Positions 1-9,072 of a stretch of 22,346 nt of DNA are shown here, piece after piece (position 1 is the first letter of the stretch; every line of letters begins with the position of its first letter). The translations under genes and the position numbers were made by a program. Source of the DNA: Candidatus Heimdallarchaeota archaeon B3_Heim. GTDB taxonomy: Archaea > Asgardarchaeota > Heimdallarchaeia > Hodarchaeales > Hodarchaeaceae. The stretch spans positions 1 to 22,346 of the forward strand of contig NJBF01000049.1 in NCBI GenBank assembly GCA_003144275.1, given 5' to 3'. The notes beneath the pieces are model-generated. The model ran no database searches. It was not told where the DNA came from and saw only the letters and a list, made by a program, of their open reading frames with translations.

Positions 1-3
1 GTT

Positions 4-62
4 CAGTAATTTGGGGTTGATTCATAAGAAGGTTTCTCCAATCTTCTTAACCCAAATTACTG
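4..62. repeat. Inverted repeat / long hairpin
   Basis: CAGTAATTTGGG (4-15) is the exact reverse complement of CCCAAATTACTG (51-62). An inner stem TAAGAAG (25-31) pairs with CTTCTTA (43-49). Confidence 0.7.
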
Positions 63-219
63 CTTAAAAAGTTACCGCTACTCAAAAGAAAGTGGTTGCT
101 AGAAAAAAGAAGTTACGTTAGGACTGTAATTTTGTCATAGATTATAATTCTATACTTATCATAATATTCCGATATTTTCTCAAATTTCCCCCTATCTCTT
201 TCTGGCTTGTTTTTACTTC

Positions 220-693
220 TTATTTAAATATAAAAACTGATAAAAGCACACTAATCGCCGTTAAGGGTAATCCTAGAATCGATCCTGGAATTAATGTTTT
301 CAGATGATACTTGGCTGAAGTAAAAACCTCCTCGTCAGGTAAACGCAAAAAATTGGGATGCCATTTTACTAAAATCAGGATATCGATAATGAGGGTGTCA
401 TAAAGGAAAAGAATGAGGTATAGAACATAATTGAACACAAAAATTGCCATAAAATCGGCATTACCTCTATAGCTACCAAGACTGCTAATCGTAGATATGC
501 TCTGGATGAAAATTATTCCAAGAAGGATGATTAAACTTCCAATCATTCCTTTTCTCTTGGTTTTTGGGTCTGGATTCTCCACCGCAGCATAGAGGACTCC
601 AGTTAGGAGAAATATAACGACTAGAATTGTAAAAAGAACACTCCCTATAGACCCCCAAACTAGTAGATAATTTATAACTAAAAGAGATGCCAT
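220..693 (-). CDS. Uncharacterised integral membrane protein (about 4 TM helices)
   Basis: 157-aa ATG ORF with several long hydrophobic segments. No catalytic motif recognised. Confidence 0.75.
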   Translation of the reverse strand: MASLLVINYLLVWGSIGSVLFTILVVIFLLTGVLYAAVENPDPKTKRKGMIGSLIILLGIIFIQSISTISSLGSYRGNADFMAIFVFNYVLYLILFLYDTLIIDILILVKWHPNFLRLPDEEVFTSAKYHLKTLIPGSILGLPLTAISVLLSVFIFK

Positions 694-870
694 TATTATT
701 TCTTCATTTTCTTTCTATAGAACTCCTAATGATCTAGGTTATATCTCTCTTCGGGATCCAAAATTTGATCATGTAAATCCCTCAGTTAAAGAAAATTTGA
801 ACTTCGAAAGTCGTAAATTTACATAAAGGGGGTAGAGTAAAAACTTCCAAACAAAAGTGATTATTAATGC

Positions 871-1104
871 TTATTTCAGCAATTCTACCCAAGGTTGTGT
901 AGACACCCGTTTTTGAGACAAATTTTTTAGATACGGGCTTGCGTCAGATTCAGTAATTAATTGCCCATCTTCAATCATCATAGATAACGAAAAATGACAA
1001 TAGGGGCATTTCATGACCAGATGTTCCTCCCTTTCGAAAAAGTTGTTAGGAATATTAACTATGTAGGCTCCACCACAGTTCTGGCACTTTTTTTTCTTTT
1101 GCAT
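871..1104 (-). CDS. Small Zn-ribbon protein (CxxC-x22-CxxC)
   Basis: CQNC...CPYC. Its ATG lies 1 nt after the TAG of the upstream GNAT gene (TAG-T-ATG), suggesting translational coupling. Confidence 0.7.
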   Translation of the reverse strand: MQKKKKCQNCGGAYIVNIPNNFFEREEHLVMKCPYCHFSLSMMIEDGQLITESDASPYLKNLSQKRVSTQPWVELLK

Positions 1105-1105
1105 A

Positions 1106-1981
1106 CTATTTCCTACTTTGAAAACGATACAAATCCATGTCCGTTACTGGCCGATAGCCGATTTTCTGATAGATTTTGTTTGAGGTTGGATTTGCTAAGT
1201 CAGTAAACAAAAAACAATACTTTTTTCCTTCGGAGAGAATTTTCTGACTCAATTTGGCGACCACTTCTGTAGCGTATCCCTTTCTACGTTCATTCGGAGG
1301 AGTATAGACTGCATTTACTGTCTGCCCATTCGGCGTCACATGAGCTCTTTTTACCATCGAAACAATTTTCCCATTGACCTTCAGAACATAAACCATCTGG
1401 TTTTGTAATCCTTGTTCCATTCTTCGTTGAGAAGATTCGATATGTGCTGGTTCAGTTGATCCTTCGGGAAGGACTTCAAATAAAAATTCTTTTCCCATTT
1501 TAAGAATGATCTCTTTATCATCTGCAGTTGCCAATTCGAATATATTTTCCCCTAATGTCTCTGGATTTACGGTATCTAGTCTATATATACGTTCATGAGT
1601 TTCTAAAAAGTAATCCTGGCCTTGACCTTCTCCCCACATTTGGGTAAATCTCAAAGTACCTTCTTTAAATCCTAAAACTCCTGGAATGTCCATTTGTTTT
1701 TTGATTAGTTCCTTAACAAGGGTATCAATTGTATCCAAGTCGTCTGTATAAGAAATAAGTTGATTAAAAGGAGGAGTACGAATAGAAACCAGCTTTAATT
1801 TACCACGTTCATTCTCCACGGAAATAAATGTCGGATTCTCTTCTTTACTATAAGTATGAAAATCTTGTTTCAAGGTATTCAATATACCGATGAGTAAGTT
1901 ATTTTCTGCTTCATGTTCTAGTAAGAAGGGTAGAACATAATCACTATATTCGTCAATGTTAGAATGAAAGGTGAGTTTCAC
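1106..1981 (-). CDS. GNAT family N-acetyltransferase (COG3393/FR47-like)
   Basis: C-terminal GNAT signature VYTPPNERRKGYAT...LFTDLANPTSNKIYQKIGY with an intact acetyl-CoA motif A. Start placed at GTG 1981, 8 nt after GAGGA; the ORF track starts at TTG 1996. Confidence 0.9.
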   Translation of the reverse strand: MKLTFHSNIDEYSDYVLPFLLEHEAENNLLIGILNTLKQDFHTYSKEENPTFISVENERGKLKLVSIRTPPFNQLISYTDDLDTIDTLVKELIKKQMDIPGVLGFKEGTLRFTQMWGEGQGQDYFLETHERIYRLDTVNPETLGENIFELATADDKEIILKMGKEFLFEVLPEGSTEPAHIESSQRRMEQGLQNQMVYVLKVNGKIVSMVKRAHVTPNGQTVNAVYTPPNERRKGYATEVVAKLSQKILSEGKKYCFLFTDLANPTSNKIYQKIGYRPVTDMDLYRFQSRK

Positions 1982-2450
1982 CAGAATATTCCTCAATTGA
2001 AAATGACTAAGAATGCTTTATGTCATTTTCCTAGAGAACAAAAGCACTAAAGTCAGTGAAAATACGCTTATTCTAAACCTAATACCCATTATTGTTTTAG
2101 TGACGAATTAATTCCCATTAGATGACTAGTAGCAGAGTATCTTTCCATTACAGAGCTTATTCCAGTTTTTACTTCTGGTAGAATCGGTATATTTGTATCA
2201 TCTTTAATTCTTCTTTGAGTGGATGCAGTAATACGTAAAATTGTTACTCTTGAATTTGATATTGTGTTTGGTCATAACTAAGTAGTACTAGTGTCAGCTA
2301 TTGCTGTTTTTCAAAATTATGTGAAAGATCTATCTTCCCACCTCTAGCTATAATTCAACTTGTTCATGTACACTCAGATGAGTCTTGTCATGGGTTAGCT
2401 TTCTTCATCATTCGTCATCTGATGGAATAAGTTTTTAAAGGGGATAGTTC

Positions 2451-2458
2451 CTTATATA
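2451..2458 (+). promoter_or_regulatory. Putative TATA box of the histone gene
   Basis: CTTATATA about 50 nt upstream of ATG 2508. An alternative TTTTTAAA lies at 2432-2439. Confidence 0.4.
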
Positions 2459-2507
2459 GAACTCACGTCAAGTTACCTGATGATAAAATAAAAGGAATCT
2501 GAAAAAA

Positions 2508-2780
2508 ATGGCAAAGAAAAAAGTAGACAAAAAACCAGCTAAAAAAGCAGCACCTAAAAAATCAGGGTCTGGAGCTGGCGGATTTGCAAGTGCAAGGGTT
2601 GAACGATTAATTCGTGATGCAGGAGCATTCCGAGTATCAGCAGATGCAGTCGATGCACTAAATACAGTACTTACCGAGCATAGCTTGAAAATGTCAAAAT
2701 ATGCAGTTGAGATTTGTAATAACTCTGGACGTAAAACTGTCAAAAGTGATGACATCAGACTAGCAGCCTCTAAAATGTGA
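2508..2780 (+). CDS. Archaeal (HMf-type) histone with a Lys-rich N-terminal tail
   Basis: Residues 26-90 align with HMfB (RVERLIRDAGAFRVS...GRKTVKSDDIRLA vs IGRIIKDAGAERVS...GRKTIKAEDIELA). Residues 1-25 (MAKKKVDKKPAKKAAPKKSGSGAGG) contain 9 Lys. Confidence 0.95.
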   Translation: MAKKKVDKKPAKKAAPKKSGSGAGGFASARVERLIRDAGAFRVSADAVDALNTVLTEHSLKMSKYAVEICNNSGRKTVKSDDIRLAASKM

Positions 2781-2819
2781 GACTAGTAGTTAATCACGTT
2801 TTATTTATTCATATAATGA

Positions 2820-2846
2820 CTCTCTGAGAGGTTAGAGAGCTTTTTT
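2820..2846 (+). terminator. Putative terminator after the histone gene
   Basis: CTCTCT (2820-2825) / AGAGAG (2834-2839) stem followed by TTTTTT (2841-2846). Confidence 0.45.
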
Positions 2847-2987
2847 CACCATACCAGATAAAATGGTAGGTATTAACCATATAACAATAATTTCTAGCTT
2901 ATTCTCTACTTGTACTGGGAATTTTGTATCAGCAAATGTGATTTTTTCATGACTATGCTTAAATAATATCTTTTAATGACTTCTCTT

Positions 2988-3845
2988 ATGAGCAATATTC
3001 GAACTATACATCGAACCCAGCCAAGCTTTCCAACAATGGATGGAGCAGGTGTTAAACTTAAACGTGTCTTTAGTCATCAAGAAACCAGTCTCTTGGATCC
3101 ATTTTTGTTACTCGATGCGTTTGGTTCCGAAAACCCAGACGATTACATTGCTGGATTCCCATGGCATCCTCATAGGGGAATTGAAACTGTAACGTACATG
3201 TTAGAGGGCCTTGTCAAACACGAAGATAGTATTGGGAATTCAGGCATTCTAAACGGTGGGGATATTCAATGGATGACAGCAGGTAGAGGAATTATTCATC
3301 AAGAAATGCCCCAAGTGTCAGAGGGAAAATTAGCTGGTTTCCAGCTATGGGTAAACCTCCCAAAATCTCATAAATTAATAGATCCTAGATATCAAGATAT
3401 ACAAGCCGCAAAAGTACCAGAAATTCAGCTAGATGATGGCATAAAAATTCGTGTACTTGCGGGTGATTATAACGACACTAAAGGACCAGTAAAAGACATC
3501 ATTGCTGAACCCCAATATCTTGACGTTGAAATTCCATCAGGCCAAACTTTTAAACACACTCTGAAAGATGGACACACTGCATTTGCTTATGTTTTCAAAG
3601 GAAAAGGTAAATTCGCTCCAGATAGCGACAAATACTTTGATATGGACAATTTAGTCATTTATAATCGAAACGGGGATAGAATTCAAGTTACCGCAAGTGA
3701 TGACGATAAATTACGTTTCCTCTTAATTTCTGGCAAACCAATAAATGAACCTATCGCTTGGGCAGGACCCATTGTTATGAATACCGAAGAAGAACTACGT
3801 ATTGCCTTTGAAGAATATCGTAATGGTACTTTTCTCAAAAAATAG
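2988..3845 (+). CDS. Pirin family (bicupin) protein
   Basis: Pirin motifs DPFLLLD, HPHRGIETVTY, QWMTAGRGIIHQE and GPIVMNT. TTAAATA at 2959-2965 favours a leaderless start at ATG 2988; the track start is 2976. Confidence 0.95.
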   Translation: MSNIRTIHRTQPSFPTMDGAGVKLKRVFSHQETSLLDPFLLLDAFGSENPDDYIAGFPWHPHRGIETVTYMLEGLVKHEDSIGNSGILNGGDIQWMTAGRGIIHQEMPQVSEGKLAGFQLWVNLPKSHKLIDPRYQDIQAAKVPEIQLDDGIKIRVLAGDYNDTKGPVKDIIAEPQYLDVEIPSGQTFKHTLKDGHTAFAYVFKGKGKFAPDSDKYFDMDNLVIYNRNGDRIQVTASDDDKLRFLLISGKPINEPIAWAGPIVMNTEEELRIAFEEYRNGTFLKK

Positions 3846-3990
3846 CTGTACTAATCTGCTCTATAGGCTGATAAGCACTCCAGAAGAACTTGGAATATTA
3901 CGAATCTTCTTTTTCATTTAAAGGCCAATAATACTAGTTTTTTAAATCTACAAACCCAATATCCATAAACATATCAAGGGGCAGATCTTT

Positions 3991-5061
3991 TTGAATGCGA
4001 CACTTAAGCGGTTAGTCGAGACAATTCACCTTCACGTTGTCCCCTCAGATTTACTTGAATATCCAGTCATAAATTATTTTCAATACCGAAATAACGGATA
4101 TTTAGAGGATTTTCAGCTCACAAATAACCTTATTCAGAAGTATTTACCGTATCACAAAAAAGATCCACGTTTACTCTTTACTCTTGATCCACAAATCGAA
4201 AGTAACATCATTTGGAATGATTGTGTTGAAAGAGGAATGTTTTGTGAATCGATTGGCTCGGCACACTCACCCTATCGACCAAAATCTGACGCTATTTTTT
4301 GTGACCCAAAATTTGATCCTCTTAAACAACTAATAGTTCATAGATATATAAGGAAAAATGTTACTAAAGATCATAAAAACGCTTTTCTTTTTATTCATGG
4401 TTATGCTGAGTCACATTTCATTTTTCATGAACAATTTTATTTTCGTTTGGCATATAATCAATTTAAAATCGATATTTACGCTCTTGAGCTGCCCTATCAT
4501 CATCATCGTGTACCATATGACTCCCCATTCTCAGGAGCATACTTTCTGAATGGGAATCCTATACGGATGTTAGAGGCATTTAATCAATCAATTAGTGAGA
4601 TACAATTTCTGGTCAACTATTTAAAGAAAAGATACGATCGAGTCATTTTATTTGGTGTTTCTCTAGGTGGTCATTTAGTGGCTGTCTCCTCACAACTCGT
4701 TACCGACATAGATTGTATAGCCGCATTAGCTAGCCCTTTCCTCTTTGGACTATCATTAAAAACTAATATCGTCCCAATAGCTAATAACTATATCCTGCAG
4801 CATAAAGAACAAGGGCTAGCCTCGACCTATACAATTCTTTATTCTACAAATCTAAAGTATTTCTATCCCTATACAACCAATGAAAATACCACAATCATTG
4901 GAGGAATCTATGATCGAATAGTGCCATTCAATCTAGTTGCTAAACTTGCTAAAATGTTGCAAAAACCGCTCTATCGATATCCTGGGGGTCACCTGACACT
5001 TCTTGCGTGGTTTAGATCTCTTATAACTCAAATTAACCGCCAATTTTCTTCGAAAAAATAA
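3991..5061 (+). CDS. Alpha/beta hydrolase (ABHD18/DUF2048- or Rv2627c-like)
   Basis: Nucleophile elbow GVSLGG, acid residue in YDRIVP, His in PGGHL, and upstream HG and LELPYH motifs. The TTG start is uncertain. Confidence 0.85.
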   Translation: MNATLKRLVETIHLHVVPSDLLEYPVINYFQYRNNGYLEDFQLTNNLIQKYLPYHKKDPRLLFTLDPQIESNIIWNDCVERGMFCESIGSAHSPYRPKSDAIFCDPKFDPLKQLIVHRYIRKNVTKDHKNAFLFIHGYAESHFIFHEQFYFRLAYNQFKIDIYALELPYHHHRVPYDSPFSGAYFLNGNPIRMLEAFNQSISEIQFLVNYLKKRYDRVILFGVSLGGHLVAVSSQLVTDIDCIAALASPFLFGLSLKTNIVPIANNYILQHKEQGLASTYTILYSTNLKYFYPYTTNENTTIIGGIYDRIVPFNLVAKLAKMLQKPLYRYPGGHLTLLAWFRSLITQINRQFSSKK

Positions 5062-5085
5062 TGGGGGGGTATATTCTGATACTAC

Positions 5086-6003
5086 TCATAATTGGTAGTT
5101 TAACCATGTTAGAAATTCATCACTGGCGGTTTTTTTAGATAAAGGCCTACTAATTTCTTCATTTGCAGGATTTCTCTCCCAATCATCAGAAAACGTCGTC
5201 ATCCAATCTGTGAATTGATCTCCAACATCTTTTTTCGGGTGTTGAATTCTCTGTTGTGAATAAAGAGCTTTCATTCTCCGTTGTGGCACCAAGATCCTCT
5301 CAACACCTTTCATACTTTTCAAACTGGACATATCGCGAGGATTTACTCCATATCCTGAGCTCAAAATTCGAATATTGTGCATTACAAGATCAGTGGCTTG
5401 TCGTAATGCTCCCAAATGGTATATATCAGATTTATCGAAATTATATGAAAGATAAATTGGATCTCCAACAGTCAAGGTGACTTTCTTTCCAGCACTAGGC
5501 CAACTACCTCCATATGGAAGAACCCCATCTGTCCCCACAATCCCAACAGGCACCACAGGAGATTCTGTTTCAAAGGCAAATCTAGCAACACCGACTTTCC
5601 CGTCGAGACTTTTACGAGAATACCGGATATGCCCCTCAGGAAAGATCCCCAGAGCTTGGTTTTTTTGTAGAACCTCTAGACCCCTCCGAATTGCTTCATC
5701 GTTATTTCGTTTTTGTACTGGAATGACGCCAAAATAATCCATCATTGTCCCCCAAATTCGATTTCTCCATAACGCGGATTGTTTTCCCAAGAAAAAAACA
5801 CGAGAAATTTCTGGAGGAACAATTAATCCCATTAAAAATGCATCAATGACGCTTTCATGATTTGCAGCAAATATAACACCATCACCCAACCCATCTAAGT
5901 GATTAGTGAGATTCTCACTGCCCTTAACCTCTAATCGATATCCGATTCTTGCACTAAACTTCACTAATCGGCGAATAAATTTGTAAGAAATATCGGACGG
6001 CAT
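5086..6003 (-). CDS. PlsC-like lysophospholipid acyltransferase with a C-terminal extension
   Basis: Acyltransferase blocks NHESVID (NHxxxxD), FLGK and FPEGH, plus VPVGIVGT. About 85 extra C-terminal residues. Confidence 0.9.
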   Translation of the reverse strand: MPSDISYKFIRRLVKFSARIGYRLEVKGSENLTNHLDGLGDGVIFAANHESVIDAFLMGLIVPPEISRVFFLGKQSALWRNRIWGTMMDYFGVIPVQKRNNDEAIRRGLEVLQKNQALGIFPEGHIRYSRKSLDGKVGVARFAFETESPVVPVGIVGTDGVLPYGGSWPSAGKKVTLTVGDPIYLSYNFDKSDIYHLGALRQATDLVMHNIRILSSGYGVNPRDMSSLKSMKGVERILVPQRRMKALYSQQRIQHPKKDVGDQFTDWMTTFSDDWERNPANEEISRPLSKKTASDEFLTWLNYQL

Positions 6004-6128
6004 TGAAAAAACCCAAATTAGTTGGATTGAAGGAAAAGTTGGTATGTTTCAACTTACACTTTGGATTAAATAAATGTAATTTCTGCAAATATCGAAGAAA
6101 AAAAGAAGAGGAAGAAAGCTTGGTGATT

Positions 6129-7427
6129 TTATGCCTGTGACATTGATGCAGATTCAGCTAATCTTTTGTCAAGAGATGATACTTTTGCAATGAAGACTAA
6201 ATAGAATACTAATAGCAAGCCTAGAAGGGGGCAAATGATATAAATTATCTTAAGTCCTGTAAATTCCGCAGCTCCTCCAATAACAAGCAGAGCTATGGGT
6301 AAAATGGATTTAACTAGCGTGAATGTCACTGAAAATATACGACCTTGGATTTCTGGGGGAATATGAATCTGAAGGAGGGATATAATTCCTACATCAATAA
6401 ATGCAATTGAAAAACCAATTACTAGAGCACCGACCGCCATGACTTCGAATACACCAACTGGTGATAAGGAGATTGTTAATAGTCCTAGGAATGATATGAA
6501 TACGAATGTAACTATAGTGCTTACTTTTGGTACAAAATTCCTTACAGCAATCAAGAATGACCCCACTAAGCTCCCTACTTGAAAAGTTCCAACAATAAAA
6601 GCAAGTTCCAAAGCACCACCAAGATGAATTTCTTTGATGAAAAGAGGTAACATACTAAATAGTGGATTAATCAAAATATTGCCAATAGTGAATCCTAATA
6701 TCAAGGGTAGCCAGCCATGACTCTTCAAATATTCGAAGGTTTCAAAAAATTGAGCCTTAAACGAGGGGGCCTTTGTGTCAAGCCCTTCAACGGATTTCTT
6801 TATCACGGGAGGTATAGTTACTAGTATCAATGTAAAAACCGCAACGAAAAATGTGAAAACATCAATCCACAAAACTATACTAATTGAATAGAACTCCAAA
6901 ATTATTGCTCCCAATATAGGACTCAAAATAAAAATGAAATTATTGAAAATTTGTCCTAAACCGTTAATTCTACTAATTTGAGTTTTTGGAACCATTTGAG
7001 GGACAATGGAAATACTTGCTGGCATTTGAAATGCTTGAAATGAACCACGTATTGCTATTAGTACTAGAACGTGCCAAACCTCAACGATATTCATCCAAAA
7101 TAAGGTAATTAACCCAATAGTTGCTATTGCTTGTAGAAAATCAGTTGTTAACATAATTTTCTTTCTATTCCAACGATCGGCTAATACTCCCGAAAATGGC
7201 CCAATAATTACCATTGGTACTAAACCAACAAAAGTTGCTAATGCCAATACAAACGAACTACCTGTTTTGTCTGTTAACCACCATATTATGGCAAATTGTA
7301 CAATTCCTGAGCCAAGAATGGATACTAATTGTCCTAACCAGATTAATATATACCCTCGCATGTTTGTTGTATCGTTAAGCTTTCCTTGAAATTCTAAAGT
7401 TGAATTTACTGAATTCTCTGGGTCCAT
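6129..7427 (-). CDS. MFS transporter (DHA3/MefA-like exporter)
   Basis: About 12 TM segments, motif A GVLADRWNRKKIM, N-terminal IWLGQLVSILGS. A TTATATAC box about 30 nt upstream supports ATG 7427; the track start is TTG 7445. Confidence 0.9.
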   Translation of the reverse strand: MDPENSVNSTLEFQGKLNDTTNMRGYILIWLGQLVSILGSGIVQFAIIWWLTDKTGSSFVLALATFVGLVPMVIIGPFSGVLADRWNRKKIMLTTDFLQAIATIGLITLFWMNIVEVWHVLVLIAIRGSFQAFQMPASISIVPQMVPKTQISRINGLGQIFNNFIFILSPILGAIILEFYSISIVLWIDVFTFFVAVFTLILVTIPPVIKKSVEGLDTKAPSFKAQFFETFEYLKSHGWLPLILGFTIGNILINPLFSMLPLFIKEIHLGGALELAFIVGTFQVGSLVGSFLIAVRNFVPKVSTIVTFVFISFLGLLTISLSPVGVFEVMAVGALVIGFSIAFIDVGIISLLQIHIPPEIQGRIFSVTFTLVKSILPIALLVIGGAAEFTGLKIIYIICPLLGLLLVFYLVFIAKVSSLDKRLAESASMSQA

Positions 7428-7620
7428 TGTCAAAAATACCTTCAAAAAAATGATTTTGTATATAATTCATATGAGATCAATATAATCATTCTGTATGTGT
7501 TCTACAGTTTAGTTTATTTAAAGATACTTTTCTTGGCAATGACTTCTATACTAGGAATAAGTAATAAAGGGAATAAATTCCGATGTTGGTATTAAATACT
7601 CTATCTGAAGGTTAGATCAT

Positions 7621-8256
7621 ATGGAAGAAGGAAAAGTAGTCCAGAAAAAACTCAAAATTTGTTTCATCGACATGGTACAAGATAGAAAACAGCGCTACCC
7701 TGACATGTGGTTGACTCCCTATTCAACATTTTACGGATATGATTTCGATAAAGACATACAAAGCAGGGTTTCTGAGCAATTTGGATGGTCTACTGATTTA
7801 GAAAAACTCATCAACTCCCATTCTGTGGAACTAAATTTGCATATCATTTCATATAGTTTTCTTCGGAAACAAGGAGTCGTCCAAAAATTTCGTTCAAAGC
7901 ATGGAAGAGATTACGATGATCATTATTCTTATCTGGAAGGAATGAATGTTTTAGCTATAGAAGGGACCACGGAAGTACACCTAAAGTATACTGTAAGACT
8001 ACTTTGGAATTTATTTGAGAAAAAAACGAGCATACCTGTTCCCGTCGATGTACCTAGGATCGTGTTGTTAGTTCCCAAAGAGATACATTCTTCAGGCTGG
8101 ATTTTATCTCTAAAACAGGAAAAAAATCTTTCAACCTGCTCAGATATAAGAGATTTCATTTATGATTTTGATTTTGAAGACTTTATCGACCTTTCATTAA
8201 GTAGGGGCTACAAACATCAATTACGGGATTATCTTGAAATTTTTAAGATCTTTTAG
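7621..8256 (+). CDS. Hypothetical protein (possible degenerate small-GTPase fold)
   Basis: 211-aa ATG ORF with TTAAATA 22 nt upstream (7592-7598). The fold suggestion is inference only. Confidence 0.7.
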   Translation: MEEGKVVQKKLKICFIDMVQDRKQRYPDMWLTPYSTFYGYDFDKDIQSRVSEQFGWSTDLEKLINSHSVELNLHIISYSFLRKQGVVQKFRSKHGRDYDDHYSYLEGMNVLAIEGTTEVHLKYTVRLLWNLFEKKTSIPVPVDVPRIVLLVPKEIHSSGWILSLKQEKNLSTCSDIRDFIYDFDFEDFIDLSLSRGYKHQLRDYLEIFKIF

Positions 8257-8289
8257 GATATACTTGATGGTTAATTCCTGGTTTTTACC

Positions 8290-9072
8290 TTAAGATTCAA
8301 GGAATAGACTTTGTAAAAATAGATTGGTTTGCGTTCCATGAATTTCTGAACTTTCTGCTACTGGGATACAGTATCTAATATCCAAAGAATCTCCTTTTAT
8401 AGAAAGAAAGGCAACTAACGCACTTTGAGAATCTGATCCCGATGTAAGTTGATATGTGGGTTGATAAGTCAATATAACGGTATTAGGTTCGAATGTGGGT
8501 ATAAATTCCCTTATTTGCCTGAATATTGTCTCATAGAATTGAAAACTCCGCTGGGGTTCCCTGAATATCCCTTCAATTTTGGAAGCAATCATATCATCTC
8601 GGTCTTTCCACCCATATCCTAATGAGCCTAACAAAGACGATTCTAATCTGAAAATTGTTGTATCGCTTGTTTGGAGATGAGATTTTGTGTGAATAGTTAC
8701 ACTCCTTAACGGATAAATCTCGTCAATTAATTCCACTCGAATCTCTCCTCCAAAACCCACAGAGCACAGTAAATCGAACCAATACGATCCTTGCTCTAAT
8801 CGATGAGCAGAAGTACATGTATCAGCATACGATTTATCCTGGAGATAACTAAACAGTTTTTTTATCTTCTGTGAAACTTCTTTACCAGCAAGAAATGGAA
8901 TTCCCTTCTTATGTAAACCTTCACACAAGAAATATAATCTAAAGTTCTTATTTGATACAGTAAACAGACCAATTCCTTCAATTTCAGGAATTTTGTATCC
9001 ATAAAACCCTGACATTGTGTACTTAAATTCGTGTTCAATGTCTGCCAAGGTAGCTTCCAGAGCTGTGAACAT
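8290..9072 (-). CDS. Hypothetical protein
   Basis: Long ORF. AGGAGGT 3 nt before ATG 9072 (MFTALEATL...) suggests this start rather than the track's GTG 9201. No family recognised. Confidence 0.7.
   Translation of the reverse strand: MFTALEATLADIEHEFKYTMSGFYGYKIPEIEGIGLFTVSNKNFRLYFLCEGLHKKGIPFLAGKEVSQKIKKLFSYLQDKSYADTCTSAHRLEQGSYWFDLLCSVGFGGEIRVELIDEIYPLRSVTIHTKSHLQTSDTTIFRLESSLLGSLGYGWKDRDDMIASKIEGIFREPQRSFQFYETIFRQIREFIPTFEPNTVILTYQPTYQLTSGSDSQSALVAFLSIKGDSLDIRYCIPVAESSEIHGTQTNLFLQSLFLES

Noticed and set aside
994-1206. 70-aa plus-strand ORF
   Set aside because: Overlaps the Zn-ribbon and GNAT genes on the opposite strand.
2089-2271. 60-codon stop-free minus-strand frame in the GNAT-histone intergenic region
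   Set aside because: No start codon near its 5' end and no recognisable similarity.
2468-2755. 95-aa antisense ORF over the histone gene
   Set aside because: Shadow of a clearly recognisable histone, with no motif of its own.
4358-5737. Short ORFs 4358-4549, 5256-5480 and 5477-5737
   Set aside because: They lie inside the hydrolase (alternate frame) or antisense to the acyltransferase.
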